Under the pieces are notes generated by a model. It ran no database searches. It was not told where the DNA came from and worked only from the letters and a program-made list of their open reading frames with translations. A DNA stretch of 64,000 nucleotides from an uncultured delta proteobacterium (GTDB lineage: Bacteria; Desulfobacterota; Binatia; Binatales; Binataceae), in NCBI GenBank assembly GCA_963801665.1, contig CAWDFL010000003.1, positions 1,757,748 through 1,821,747 of the forward strand, given 5' to 3'. A program made the translations under genes and the position numbers. Positions 47,054-58,022 of the stretch are shown here, piece by piece. Position 1 is the stretch's first letter. The number at the start of each line of letters is the position of its first letter.

Positions 47054-48279
47054 GTGACGCGCCGGGTCAGGACGGTGAGTTGCCTTATCTCACTGCTTCT
47101 CCTTCTCCTATCTGGATGCGGCGGCGGATCAGGATCGGGCTCAAGTTCGCCGTCCGCTGGTATCGTTCACTTCGTTCCTAATTCACATGCTTTCTGGAGC
47201 AAGCAGGCCAACTGGACGACTGGCTTCGGTCCCGCATACGCCGACATCACGACAGCCAGTTCCAACTTTCTGCCCTGCAGAGGCGGGCCGTTCGCGCTCT
47301 GCTACTATTCGGGTCCTAGCAGCGGCAACGAAGACCTGTCGTGCACGCTGACCGCCGATGGCAAATACGCCAACTGCCGATGCTACGAAATTCCGTACGG
47401 CGTGTACTTCGTGGATATAAACGCGATCCTGAATCGATCGGTCTATCAGGACACGGTCGCCACCTGCGGTGCGGACGGCAGCCTGTGCGGAAAGATGAAC
47501 TCGGCGCCGGTGTGCCAGTCGGTCAACCAGGGAACCCTGATTCCCGGCACCGGAGTTTACTCGACCTTCAGTTTTGATTGCGTGCCTACCGACGGAATCG
47601 GCGTAACCAATTGTTCCACCTCGCAGTACGCCGGATGCATGACGGCGCCGTGCTTCAAGACCGGCCAGCCGCAAATTGATAGCTGCTCGTGCCCGGTCTT
47701 CAACGGCCCTTATCAGGTTGGGACGAACAACCAGGCCTGCACCCTCGGCGACGATCTCGTCTGGTCGGCCGCGTACGCTCCTCCCAGCGCCACACCAACC
47801 CTGCAGCGACTTTTATGGCGCCGCCGAAAGTGGTGCAGGCCGCCGCAGCGGTCCCGAGTCCCGGAGCCTGCCTGCCGGATGCACCCGGAGGATACGGTTG
47901 CCCGCTCTATGTCCCCGGAACCACGGTCCTGCCGCCCAATAGCGGCGTCGACTGCTCGGTGGTCTGCTCCGAATACAATACCTGCCAGCAAAAGGGTGGG
48001 GTCGAGACCGGCTACACCTGCGACGCGACGCTCTGCACCGATCAATGTAATGACCGCGATCTGCTCGGGACCGCATGCTCGAATCTCGCGAAGTGCGATG
48101 TTTCGGAAATTATCAAAGCCGAAACCGCCGCCAGTTGCAGTTGCTGCGCGAGCCAGCTCTGCAATTGCGATTCGAACTCGCAGACCAATTCGGTGATTGC
48201 CACGCTCAACCAGCAGCAGCGCGATCGGGGTATCGTCCCGCAATGCGACGTTAACGGCACGCTCTGCGGCACGCCCTGA
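47054..48279 (+). pseudogene. Cys-rich secreted lipoprotein interrupted by a frame change near 47780-47830 (or two adjacent Cys-rich genes)
   Basis: GTG start gives MTRRVRTVSCLISLLLLLLSGC lipoprotein signal; many Cys patterns (CRCYEIPYG, CSCPVFNG); the Cys-rich sequence continues in ORF 47689..48279 (CSEYNTCQQKGG..., CSCCASQLCNCDSNS). Confidence 0.5.
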
Positions 48280-48331
48280 CGCGCAGCGCCGAACCCGTGG
48301 CAATTCCGTGGGCTGCTGTTATAGATAGGAC

Positions 48332-49111
<780 letters not shown>

Positions 49112-49195
49112 TAGAGCATCCGCTCTGAACGTATGTTCCGAAACGCGGGTCTCCTTCTATCGACCCTGTCGGACTTCTACGCTAAAACTGAATCG

Positions 49196-50338
49196 ATGGA
49201 CCTGGAACTCACCTCGCCGCAGCGCGCCGCGCGCGACACCGCACGCCGCTTCGCACGCGAAAAGCTCGAACCGATCGGGGTCGAATGCGACCGGACGCAT
49301 CAGTTCCCGAAAGCCGCGATCGACGAGCTCGGACGGCTGGGAATCCTCGGCACCTTTATCCCGGAGAATTTCGGCGGCGCCGGTCTTGACCAGGTTGCCT
49401 ACGCGCTCGTGGTCGAGGAGCTGGCCGTCGCCTGCGCTTCCACCGCCGTCATCGTCTCGGCGCATTGCTCGCTCGCGTCGTGGCCGATTTTAGGATTGGG
49501 CAGCGACAAGATGAAGGCGCAGTTCCTGCCGAAGATGGCCTCGGGCGAATGGCTCGGATGCTTCGCGCTCACGGAGCCGCAGGCCGGCTCGGACGCTGCC
49601 GGGCAGAAGACTCGCGCGATTCTCAACGGCGACAGCTACGTGATCAACGGCACCAAAAATTTCATCACCAATTCGCCGCAGGCCGGTGTCGCGATCGTGT
49701 TCGCCATGACCGCGCCGGAGAAGGGACATCACGGAATCAGCGCGTTCGCGGTCGAGACGAGCTCGCCCGGATGGGCGGTGACGCGGGTCGAAGACAAAAT
49801 GGGAATTCATGGCGCGCACTCGGCGCAGCTCAGCTTCAGCGACATGCGCGTGCCGCGCGAGAACCTGCTGATGGGCGAGGGCGAAGGCTTCAAGGTCGCG
49901 ATGAAAACCCTGGACGGCGGACGTATCGGAATCGCGGCGCAGGCGGTCGGAATCGGACGCGCGTCGCTCGAAGCGTCGCTCAAATATGCGCAGGAGCGCC
50001 AGACCTTCGGCCGTCCGATCGCGCAGCATCAGGCGATCCAGTTCAAGCTCTCCGATATGGCGCTGGCGGTGGACGCCGCCCGTTTGTTGACGCTGCGCGC
50101 GGCGGCGCTGAAGGACGCGGGTAAGCCGTGCACCAAGGAATCGGCGATGGCCAAGCTGTTCGCGGCCGAAACCGCAATGGAAGCCGCCACCCAGGCGATT
50201 CAGATTCACGGCGGCTACGGCTACACCCGCGAGTTCAAGGTCGAGCGCTATTTTCGTGATGCTAAGATCACGGAGATCTACGAGGGCACGTCGGAGATCC
50301 AGCGCCTGGTTATCGCGGGCCAGGTTCTCGGACACTGA
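49196..50338 (+). CDS. Acyl-CoA dehydrogenase (short/branched-chain type)
   Basis: ACAD fold with catalytic Glu near the C-terminus ([12 protein letters not shown]), FAD-binding regions. Confidence 0.85.
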   Translation: MDLELTSPQRAARDTARRFAREKLEPIGVECDRTHQFPKAAIDELGRLGILGTFIPENFGGAGLDQVAYALVVEELAVACASTAVIVSAHCSLASWPILGLGSDKMKAQFLPKMASGEWLGCFALTEPQAGSDAAGQKTRAILNGDSYVINGTKNFITNSPQAGVAIVFAMTAPEKGHHGISAFAVETSSPGWAVTRVEDKMGIHGAHSAQLSFSDMRVPRENLLMGEGEGFKVAMKTLDGGRIGIAAQAVGIGRASLEASLKYAQERQTFGRPIAQHQAIQFKLSDMALAVDAARLLTLRAAALKDAGKPCTKESAMAKLFAAETAMEAATQAIQIHGGYGYTREFKVERYFRDAKITEIYEGTSEIQRLVIAGQVLGH

Positions 50339-50362
50339 AATCCGGGTCGCGGTGAGGATAAC

Positions 50363-51997
50363 GTGAGCTCGAAAAAAGATTGGCTCGAAACCACTTTCAA
50401 GCAGGCCGCCGAGCGGCCCGCGCGTTTCTCGACGGTCTCCGATATGGAGATCGAGCCGCTCTATACGCCCGAAGACGTGCGCGGCGACTACGATACCTCG
50501 CTCGCAAATCCGGGAGAGTTTCCCTACACGCGCGGCGTGTACGGCTCGATGTATCGTGGACGCTTCTGGACCATGCGCCAGTTCGCGGGTTTCGGTCTCG
50601 CCGAAGATACCAACGAGAGGTTCCATTACCTGCTGAAGCAGGGCCAGGATGGCCTATCCACCGCGTTCGACATGCCGACGCTCATGGGCTACGACGCCGA
50701 CCACGAACGCGCACAGGGCGAAGTCGGACGCGAGGGCGTCTCGGTCAGCACGATCCACGACATGACGCGCCTGTTCGACAAGATTCCGCTCGACAAGGTC
50801 ACCACTTCGATGACCGTCAACTGCTCGGCGTCGGTGCTACTCGCGATGTATCTGGTCGTCGCGGAGCGCGCGGGAATTCCGTGGGAGAGCGTAGGCGGCA
50901 CGATTCAGAACGACATGCTCAAGGAGTATATCGCGCAGAAAGAATGGATCTGCCCGCCGCGGCCCGCGATGCGCGTCGTCACCGACATGATCGAATTCTG
51001 CGCGAAGAAAGCACCGCGATGGCATGCGGTGTCGATCAGCGGCTACCATATTCGCGAGGCGGGCTCGACCGCCGTTCAGGAACTCGCGTTCACGATCGCC
51101 GACGGGCTTTGCTACGTCGAAGAGGCGGTCAAGCGCGGCCTCGACGTTGACGATTTCGCACCGCGGCTTTCGTTCTTCTGGAATATCCACAACGACTTTC
51201 TCGAAGAGGTCGCCAAGCTGCGCGCGGCGCGCCGGATGTGGGCGCGCCTGATGAAAGATCGCTTCGGCGCGAAGAATCCGCGCTCGATGATGCTGCGCAC
51301 GCACGCGCAGACGGCGGGCGCCTCGCTCACCGCACAGCAGCCGATCAACAACGTGGTGCGCGTCGCGATCCAGGCGCTGGCCGGCGTGCTTGGCGGCGTG
51401 CAATCGCTGCATACCAATTCGATGGACGAAACGCTCGCACTCCCGACCGAGCAGGCGGTCACCGTCGCGTTGCGCACGCAGCAGATTATCGCCGAGGAAA
51501 CCGGCGTCACCAACACGATCGATCCGCTCGGCGGCAGCTACGCGGTCGAGGCGCTGACCGATCGGATCGAGCGCGAGGCGATGGACTATATCGGCAAGAT
51601 CGACGCGATGGGCGGGATGCTCGCGGCGGTCGAGACCGGATACCCGCAGCGCGAGATCGCCGAGGCGGCGTTTCATTACCAGCGCCAGCTCGAAAAGAAT
51701 GAGAAGACGATCGTCGGCGTGAGCAAGTACTCGGTGCCCGAGGAGATTCCAATCGAGACGCTCAGAATCGATCCGGCGATCGAAGAGAAGCAGGTCTATC
51801 GCCTGCGCAAAATGAAACGCGAGCGCAACGCGGCGACGCTCAAGGCGGCGCTCGCGCGCGTGTCCGAGGCGTGCCGCTCCGGCGAAAATCTGATGGACCC
51901 GATCTGCGACGCGGTCCGCAGTGAGGCGACCGTCGGCGAAATCAGCGACATCTTCCGCACCGAGTTCGGCGTGTACACCGACCCAGGCTGGATTTAA
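50363..51997 (+). CDS. Methylmalonyl-CoA mutase family, catalytic (substrate-binding TIM barrel) subunit, split form
   Basis: [26 protein letters not shown] signature; no fused B12 domain. Confidence 0.85.
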   Translation: MSSKKDWLETTFKQAAERPARFSTVSDMEIEPLYTPEDVRGDYDTSLANPGEFPYTRGVYGSMYRGRFWTMRQFAGFGLAEDTNERFHYLLKQGQDGLSTAFDMPTLMGYDADHERAQGEVGREGVSVSTIHDMTRLFDKIPLDKVTTSMTVNCSASVLLAMYLVVAERAGIPWESVGGTIQNDMLKEYIAQKEWICPPRPAMRVVTDMIEFCAKKAPRWHAVSISGYHIREAGSTAVQELAFTIADGLCYVEEAVKRGLDVDDFAPRLSFFWNIHNDFLEEVAKLRAARRMWARLMKDRFGAKNPRSMMLRTHAQTAGASLTAQQPINNVVRVAIQALAGVLGGVQSLHTNSMDETLALPTEQAVTVALRTQQIIAEETGVTNTIDPLGGSYAVEALTDRIEREAMDYIGKIDAMGGMLAAVETGYPQREIAEAAFHYQRQLEKNEKTIVGVSKYSVPEEIPIETLRIDPAIEEKQVYRLRKMKRERNAATLKAALARVSEACRSGENLMDPICDAVRSEATVGEISDIFRTEFGVYTDPGWI

Positions 51998-52000
51998 GCG

Positions 52001-52405
52001 ATGGCTGACAAGAGACTCAGAATCCTGGTTGCGAAACCCGGCCTCGACGGACACGATCGGGGCGCAAAGATTATCGCGCGAGCGCTCCGCGACGGCGGCT
52101 TCGAGGTGATCTACACTGGCCTGCATCAGACGCCGGAGATGATCGCGCAAGCCGCCGTGCAGGAAGACGTCGACGCGGTCGGATTGTCGGTGCTCTCGGG
52201 CGCGCACATGACTCTATTCCCGGAAGTGCTGCGACTGCTCAAAGAGCGCGGCGCCGACGACGTCGCGGTGTTCGGCGGGGGCATTATCCCCGACGACGAC
52301 GCGGTGAAGCTCAAGCAGTCGGGTGTGCGACAAATATTCACGCCGGGCGCGTCCACCGAGGATATCGTCAAATGGGTTCGCGAAAACGTGAGCGCAAGGC
52401 AATAG
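52001..52405 (+). CDS. Acyl-CoA mutase B12-binding small subunit
   Basis: DxHxxG cobalamin motif ([10 protein letters not shown]), Rossmann-like fold; 4 nt after the large subunit. Confidence 0.85.
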   Translation: MADKRLRILVAKPGLDGHDRGAKIIARALRDGGFEVIYTGLHQTPEMIAQAAVQEDVDAVGLSVLSGAHMTLFPEVLRLLKERGADDVAVFGGGIIPDDDAVKLKQSGVRQIFTPGASTEDIVKWVRENVSARQ

Positions 52406-52415
52406 GCGCGGGCGC

Positions 52416-53573
52416 GTGAATTTCGATCTAACCGAAGAGCAGCAGCGCATCCGCGACACGCTCGCCACGTTCGCCGAGCGCGAAATCAAGCCCTTCGCCT
52501 CGAAGTGGGACAAGGACGAAACCTTTCCACGCGAAGTGATCGAGAAACTCGGCGCGCTCGGATTCCTCGGCGTCGCGTTTCCCGAGAAATGGGGCGGCGG
52601 CGCGGCCGGCACGCTCTCTCAGGTGCTGGTGGTCGAGGGGCTCTCGCGTTACGACGCGTCGATCGGCCTGACCTGCGCCGCGCACATGTCGCTCTCGACC
52701 GGGCATATCGCGGCCTTCGCGAGCGATGAGCATCGCGACAAGTACGTCCCCGAGATGCTGGCGGCGAAGAAGCTTGGCGCGTGGTGCCTGACCGAGCCGA
52801 GCTCGGGCTCTGACGCGGCCGCGATGAAAACCCGCGCGGTTCGCACCGGCGATAATTTTCAGATCAACGGCTCGAAGATGTTCATCACCAACGGCACCGT
52901 CGGCGACGTGTACGTCGTGATGGCGGTGACCGATACGGCCAAAGGGCGCGACGGCGTGTCGGCGTTTATAGTCGATCGCGGCACGGCTGGATTATCGAAC
53001 GGAAAGAAAATCGAGAAGCTCGGCCTGCACGCCTCCGACACGGCCGAAGTAATTTTCGAGAACGTCACGATTCCTGCGCGCAATCTGATCGGAGCGCTCG
53101 GCGCGGGCTATCGGCAGACGCTCAAGATCCTCGAGGGCGGTCGTATCGGGATCGCCGGCTTCGCCGCGGGAATTGCGCGCGGCGCTTTCGAGGAAGCGCG
53201 CGCCTACGCGCTCGATCGGCGCCAATTCAACAGCCGGATCGCGGATTTCCAGGCGATCCAATGGATGTTCGCCGACATGGCGACGCGGCTCGAAGCCTCG
53301 TGGGTGCTGATTTGCCGCGCCGCCGCGCTGCGCGATGCCGGCAAGCCGTACGCGCGCGAAGCCGCGATGGCGAAGCTGTTCGCCTCGGAGACCGCGATGT
53401 GGTCAACGACCAAGTCGGTGCAGATTCACGGCGGCTACGGCTACGTGACCGATTTTCCGGTCGAGCGCTACATGCGCGACGCGAAGCTCGCCGAGATCGG
53501 CGAGGGCACCAGCGAAGTGCTGCGCATGATTATCGCCAAGTCGCTGCTGCGCGAGGGCTATCTGCCCGCGTAG
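52416..53573 (+). CDS. Acyl-CoA dehydrogenase
   Basis: ACAD fold, catalytic Glu in IGEGTSEVLRMIIA; GTG start. Confidence 0.85.
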   Translation: MNFDLTEEQQRIRDTLATFAEREIKPFASKWDKDETFPREVIEKLGALGFLGVAFPEKWGGGAAGTLSQVLVVEGLSRYDASIGLTCAAHMSLSTGHIAAFASDEHRDKYVPEMLAAKKLGAWCLTEPSSGSDAAAMKTRAVRTGDNFQINGSKMFITNGTVGDVYVVMAVTDTAKGRDGVSAFIVDRGTAGLSNGKKIEKLGLHASDTAEVIFENVTIPARNLIGALGAGYRQTLKILEGGRIGIAGFAAGIARGAFEEARAYALDRRQFNSRIADFQAIQWMFADMATRLEASWVLICRAAALRDAGKPYAREAAMAKLFASETAMWSTTKSVQIHGGYGYVTDFPVERYMRDAKLAEIGEGTSEVLRMIIAKSLLREGYLPA

Positions 53574-53578
53574 CGCGC

Positions 53579-54289
53579 TCACGCCTCGAGAAGATCGGCG
53601 CGAATCGCTTCGAGGTCCTCGGCGCTGACGCCGATAACCTCGCGCATGAAACCGTCTACGCCGCCGTTCTCGTCGATCAGGTCGAAAACCGGATGAAGCT
53701 GAGCGGCGGCCAGTGGAATGTTGGGAAAGGTTGCGTTGCTCGCGAGAAAATCCTCTATGATCGCGTCGCGCTCGACGCCTAGCGTCGCGAGGATCATCGC
53801 CGCGCCAACTCCGGTCCTGTCGCGGCCCGCCGAGCAATGGAAGAGCAGGGGATAAACGGTGCGCTCCGCCAGCAGCTTGAAGAAGCGCCGCCAGTCGTGC
53901 CGGAAATGCATCACGAGCGCGTAGTGCTCCTGACCCGGATCGGCTTTCATGCGCTCGTAGCCGCGCTCAGTGAACCATTCGTCGCCCATCGGGATGTGCT
54001 CCCAGCGCACACCTTCCATGATCACCTGGTGCGGCCGTCCGAGATGCCTCACCTCGGGATTGCTCTGCAGGGTGACAAGCGTTTTGAGCTCGATCTCATG
54101 GAGCGGATTGTCGACCGGAATTTCGGCCAGATGCGCGGAGCGATAGATGCGGCCGCCGCGGATACGGCGGCCGTCGCGGGCGGGACGTCCGCCAAGGTCG
54201 CGAAAATTACGCCCGCCGAACGAGCGCAGCATGTCGAAATCGACTACGATGCGCTCGCCGCGATCGTTTTTTCCATTGTCTTCAGACAC
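53579..54289 (-). CDS. Protein tyrosine/serine phosphatase (Tyr_Pase_3-like)
   Basis: CX5R P-loop HCSAGRDRTG. Confidence 0.75.
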   Translation of the reverse strand: MSEDNGKNDRGERIVVDFDMLRSFGGRNFRDLGGRPARDGRRIRGGRIYRSAHLAEIPVDNPLHEIELKTLVTLQSNPEVRHLGRPHQVIMEGVRWEHIPMGDEWFTERGYERMKADPGQEHYALVMHFRHDWRRFFKLLAERTVYPLLFHCSAGRDRTGVGAAMILATLGVERDAIIEDFLASNATFPNIPLAAAQLHPVFDLIDENGGVDGFMREVIGVSAEDLEAIRADLLEA

Positions 54290-54408
54290 TGAATCTCCGT
54301 CCGTCTTGCAGCTATTTTATACGTGAACGATTTCCGGTGCGAGTGCCGGGCCGGAGCGCAGTCTTGCTTCCCGAACCGCTCTCAATTAATAGACTTGAGT
54401 ACAGTTTT

Positions 54409-55056
54409 ATGTCTGTGTCCATCCAACGTAAACTCGCGTCGCTTGCCGTCGTGCAATCGCGGCGCGACCGCAAGAAAGAACGCACCCGCGGTGAGATCTA
54501 TCAGGCGGCGATTACGCTATTCATACGACATGGTTTCGACAGCGTTACGATTGAGGATATCTGCGATGCTGCCGACGTTGCTCGCGCGACCTTTTTCCTC
54601 CATTTTCCGGCCAAGGAAGCGCTGTTGACCGAATATCTCCGCCGCGCCAACGAGGAGCTGGCAGCGATGCTCGCGAAATATCGCGGCAGCGCAACCTCAG
54701 CACTGCGCGCGGCGTTTAAGATGCTGGCCGGGATGGCCGTGCGGCATCCCGATGTCTTGCGCCTCGTGATCCGCGAAGTGCTGGTGCGGCCTCCGATCCG
54801 CAGCCGAAACGATCAGCAAACTGGAGACCTGATCGAATTGCTGGCCGGCGTGGTTCGGCGCGGACAAGCCAGCGGCGAATTTCGCGCGCGCATCGATCCG
54901 GTGGTCACGGCGCTTTCAGCGTGCGCCGCCTTCTTCGGCTTTGTGTACGCATGGGTGCAGCGGGAAGGACGCTTCGATATCGAGGCATCGGCGGCGCAGG
55001 CACTTGAGGTAATCCTGCACGGAATCAGCGAACGTAAACGGCGCGCAGCGCTTTAG
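54409..55056 (+). CDS. TetR/AcrR family transcriptional regulator
   Basis: HTH TRGEIYQAAITLFIRHGFDSVTIEDICDAADVARATFFLHFPAKEALL. Confidence 0.8.
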   Translation: MSVSIQRKLASLAVVQSRRDRKKERTRGEIYQAAITLFIRHGFDSVTIEDICDAADVARATFFLHFPAKEALLTEYLRRANEELAAMLAKYRGSATSALRAAFKMLAGMAVRHPDVLRLVIREVLVRPPIRSRNDQQTGDLIELLAGVVRRGQASGEFRARIDPVVTALSACAAFFGFVYAWVQREGRFDIEASAAQALEVILHGISERKRRAAL

Positions 55057-55081
55057 GCGCGCGCGACAAGCGAGTACCCGG

Positions 55082-56506
55082 ATGAAGAACGAGCATGCGA
55101 TTGTAATCGGCGGCAGCATGGCGGGCCTGTGCGCCGCGCGGGTTCTGAGCGATTTTTTTGACAAGGTGACGGTGATCGATCGCGACGCCTATCCTGCCGG
55201 CGCGCATGAGCGACCCGGTGTTCCGCAAAGCCGCCACGTGCATGCGCTGCTGATGCGCGGCCGCCAGGAACTCAAGAATCTGTTCCCCGGGTTTGTGCGC
55301 ACGATGCTCGAGCATGGCGCGATCGATATAAATTTCGGGCTTGATTTTGCCGTGCTGCGGCGCGACGGATGGGCTCACCGGCAACGAAATGCGATCGAGA
55401 CCTTGTTCGCCAGCCGGGTGCTTATGGAGGAAACGATTCGAGGGCTGCTGCGCAAGATTCTCAACGTCGAGCTGATCGAGCGCGCCGACGCGGCGGCCTT
55501 TCTCATCGAGCCCGGCGACGCGCCTCGGGTTTCCGGATTGCGCGTGGTTCCGCGCGACGGCCGGCCGGAGTTCACTCTGACCGGCCAGCTTATCGTCGAC
55601 GCAAGCGGACGCGCGACCAAAATTCCCGGATGGATCAAGGAGCTCGGTTTGCCCGCGCCCGAAGAGGAAGTGGTCGATTCGCACACCGGCTACGCCTCGC
55701 GATGGTATAAGGCGTCGAGTCCTTCGCGCCGCCCGCCGCAGTGGTGGTGGAAGGGCATATGGATCGAAGCGGTGGGTGATAGTGCCGCGGAAGCCGGCGT
55801 GCTGTTCCCGGTCGAGGGACAGCGCTTCATCGTCACTCTCGCCGGATGGGGTGGCAAATATCCGCCGAGCGACGAAGACGGGTTCACCGCGCAACTGCGG
55901 AAGCTGCGTAGCCCGATTATCGCGGAAGAAGTTGCGCTGGGTGAGCCGATGTCCAAGGTGTATTCGTACCGGCAAATGGCGAATCGGTGGCGCCGCTACG
56001 ACAAATGGAACGCGCGTCTGGACGGATTTGTCGCGCTCGGCGACGCGACCTGCGCATTCAATCCGGTCTACGGACAGGGTATGACGTTGGCGGCCCTCGA
56101 GGCGCTGATTCTGCGCGATTGCCTGAAGGAGCACACGAGCGTCGACGCGGCATTGCCGCCCGACTTCTTTCGGCGCATCGCGGCGTTTCAGAAAGATCCA
56201 TGGGGTCTTGCGACCGGCGCGGATTTCAACTTTTCCGCGACGGTTGGGCGCCGTCCGCCGCTTCCGGCGCGCGCGCTTAATCGCTTGATCGGAAAGATGC
56301 TCGAAGTCGGCAGGGACGATCCGGTAATTGGCAACCGGCTGGCCGAGGTGGTGAACATGATGCGTCCGCCGTCGGCGCTTCTCGACAGCAATATTCTCAT
56401 GCGCATCGCAAAGGCATGGGCTCGCCGGATCGTCAAAGGATCGCCCAAGACCGAATCGACCGGCGCGATGCCGCCGCTCGGCGTCACGCCCGCTCTGGAA
56501 GCCTGA
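55082..56506 (+). CDS. FAD-dependent monooxygenase/oxidoreductase
   Basis: Dinucleotide-binding motif AIVIGGSMAGL; second FAD motif region GDATCAFNPVYGQG. Confidence 0.75.
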   Translation: MKNEHAIVIGGSMAGLCAARVLSDFFDKVTVIDRDAYPAGAHERPGVPQSRHVHALLMRGRQELKNLFPGFVRTMLEHGAIDINFGLDFAVLRRDGWAHRQRNAIETLFASRVLMEETIRGLLRKILNVELIERADAAAFLIEPGDAPRVSGLRVVPRDGRPEFTLTGQLIVDASGRATKIPGWIKELGLPAPEEEVVDSHTGYASRWYKASSPSRRPPQWWWKGIWIEAVGDSAAEAGVLFPVEGQRFIVTLAGWGGKYPPSDEDGFTAQLRKLRSPIIAEEVALGEPMSKVYSYRQMANRWRRYDKWNARLDGFVALGDATCAFNPVYGQGMTLAALEALILRDCLKEHTSVDAALPPDFFRRIAAFQKDPWGLATGADFNFSATVGRRPPLPARALNRLIGKMLEVGRDDPVIGNRLAEVVNMMRPPSALLDSNILMRIAKAWARRIVKGSPKTESTGAMPPLGVTPALEA

Positions 56507-56511
56507 GAAAG

Positions 56512-57954
56512 CTATTTCCGCCGCGGCATGTTGAGCACCAGCATCCGGGGCTCGGTCATCTCCTGCATCGCGTAGCGCACGCCTTCGCGGCCGATTCCGG
56601 AACCTTTAACGCCGCCGAATGGATAGGTATCGACGCGGAAGACCCCGGTATCGCCGACGATTACGGCACCCGCCTCGATCTCTCGAAACGCTGTGAACGC
56701 GCGCTCGAGATTGTTGGTGAAGACTCCCGCCTGCAGTCCGTACGGCGAATCGTTGGTGAGCGCGATTCCTTCTTCAAACGAATCGATTGGCTCGACCGTC
56801 GCGACTGGACCGAAGACCTCTTCGCACCAGACGCGCAGGCGGTGCAGCTTGCGGTCGTGGAGCTCGACGATCGTCGGCCATACGACGGCGCCCTCGCGCT
56901 TGTTTCCGGTCAGGATTCCGGCGCCCGCTTTCGCCGCCTCGCCGATCCAGTCGATCACGCGGTTCGCCGCTGCGCGATTGATCAGCGGGCCGACGATCGT
57001 TCGCTCGTCCATCGGATCTCCGACTCCGAGCTTCTCGGTTTCGGCGACGAACTGTTTCAGGAACTCGCGGTACACGCCGCGATGCACGAACAGGCGCTGC
57101 ACAGACAGACACACTTGTCCGGCGTGGATGAACGCGCCGCGCGCGGCGCGCGCCGCGGCAACTGCGACATCCGCGGTCTCATCGACGATCAATCCACCGT
57201 TGCCGCCGAGCTCGAGCGCGACGCGCTGGCGCGTAGTCTTTGCCTTGAGCGCCCATCCGACCCGAGCGCTGCCGGTGAAACTAAGCATCCGGATGCGCTC
57301 GTCGGTCGCAAGCCTCTCTGCCACCGGAGGATCAGCCGAGATTACATTCATCGCTCCGGACGGCAGGCCTGCGGTGCACGCAATCTCGGCGAGCATCACC
57401 GCGGGTCCGGGACACATCGGCGGCGGCTTGACGACGAGCGTGTTTCCGGTCGCGATCGCCGGGGCGACCTTGTGCGTCACCAGGTTGAGCGGGAAGTTGA
57501 ACGGTGCGATCGCGGCAATCGGCCCCAGCGGAAATCGCTCGACTATACCGACCGCGCCGGGATGCAGCGGGTCCAGATCGAGCGGCTCGTACTCGCCACC
57601 GAAACGTTTCGCCTCTTCGGCCGCGAGTGCGAACACGCCGATGGTCCTGCTGACTTCGCCGCGCGAGTAGTCAATCGGCTTGCCGGTGCCGATTGTGATC
57701 GCGTGTTCAAACTCGGCGCGGCGCTCGGCCACGCCCCGGCTGATTCCCGAGAGGATCGCGGCGCGTTCGGCGCGCGAGAGTTTTCGCGTCGCCGCGAATG
57801 CGCGCGTGGCGGCTGCAATCGCAGCCTCCATCTCGGCCTCGCCGGCGCGAGCAATGGTCCCTACTTTTTCGCCGGTATAGGGGTAGATGATGTCGTAATG
57901 CTCGGACGAATCGACGCTCTTGCCGTCGATAAAATGCCGATACTCAGGCGCCAT
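56512..57954 (-). CDS. NAD(P)-dependent aldehyde dehydrogenase
   Basis: ALDH Glu and Cys active-site regions (LELGGNGGLIV, FIHAGQVCLSVQR); start at MAPEYRHFIDGK. Confidence 0.85.
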   Translation of the reverse strand: MAPEYRHFIDGKSVDSSEHYDIIYPYTGEKVGTIARAGEAEMEAAIAAATRAFAATRKLSRAERAAILSGISRGVAERRAEFEHAITIGTGKPIDYSRGEVSRTIGVFALAAEEAKRFGGEYEPLDLDPLHPGAVGIVERFPLGPIAAIAPFNFPLNLVTHKVAPAIATGNTLVVKPPPMCPGPAVMLAEIACTAGLPSGAMNVISADPPVAERLATDERIRMLSFTGSARVGWALKAKTTRQRVALELGGNGGLIVDETADVAVAAARAARGAFIHAGQVCLSVQRLFVHRGVYREFLKQFVAETEKLGVGDPMDERTIVGPLINRAAANRVIDWIGEAAKAGAGILTGNKREGAVVWPTIVELHDRKLHRLRVWCEEVFGPVATVEPIDSFEEGIALTNDSPYGLQAGVFTNNLERAFTAFREIEAGAVIVGDTGVFRVDTYPFGGVKGSGIGREGVRYAMQEMTEPRMLVLNMPRRK

Positions 57955-58022
57955 CGCGAAGCCTCCTTGCGAACATGATGCGGACATTATTTCGCCGCGT
58001 CCGTGCGCGCGAAAGGTCCGCG

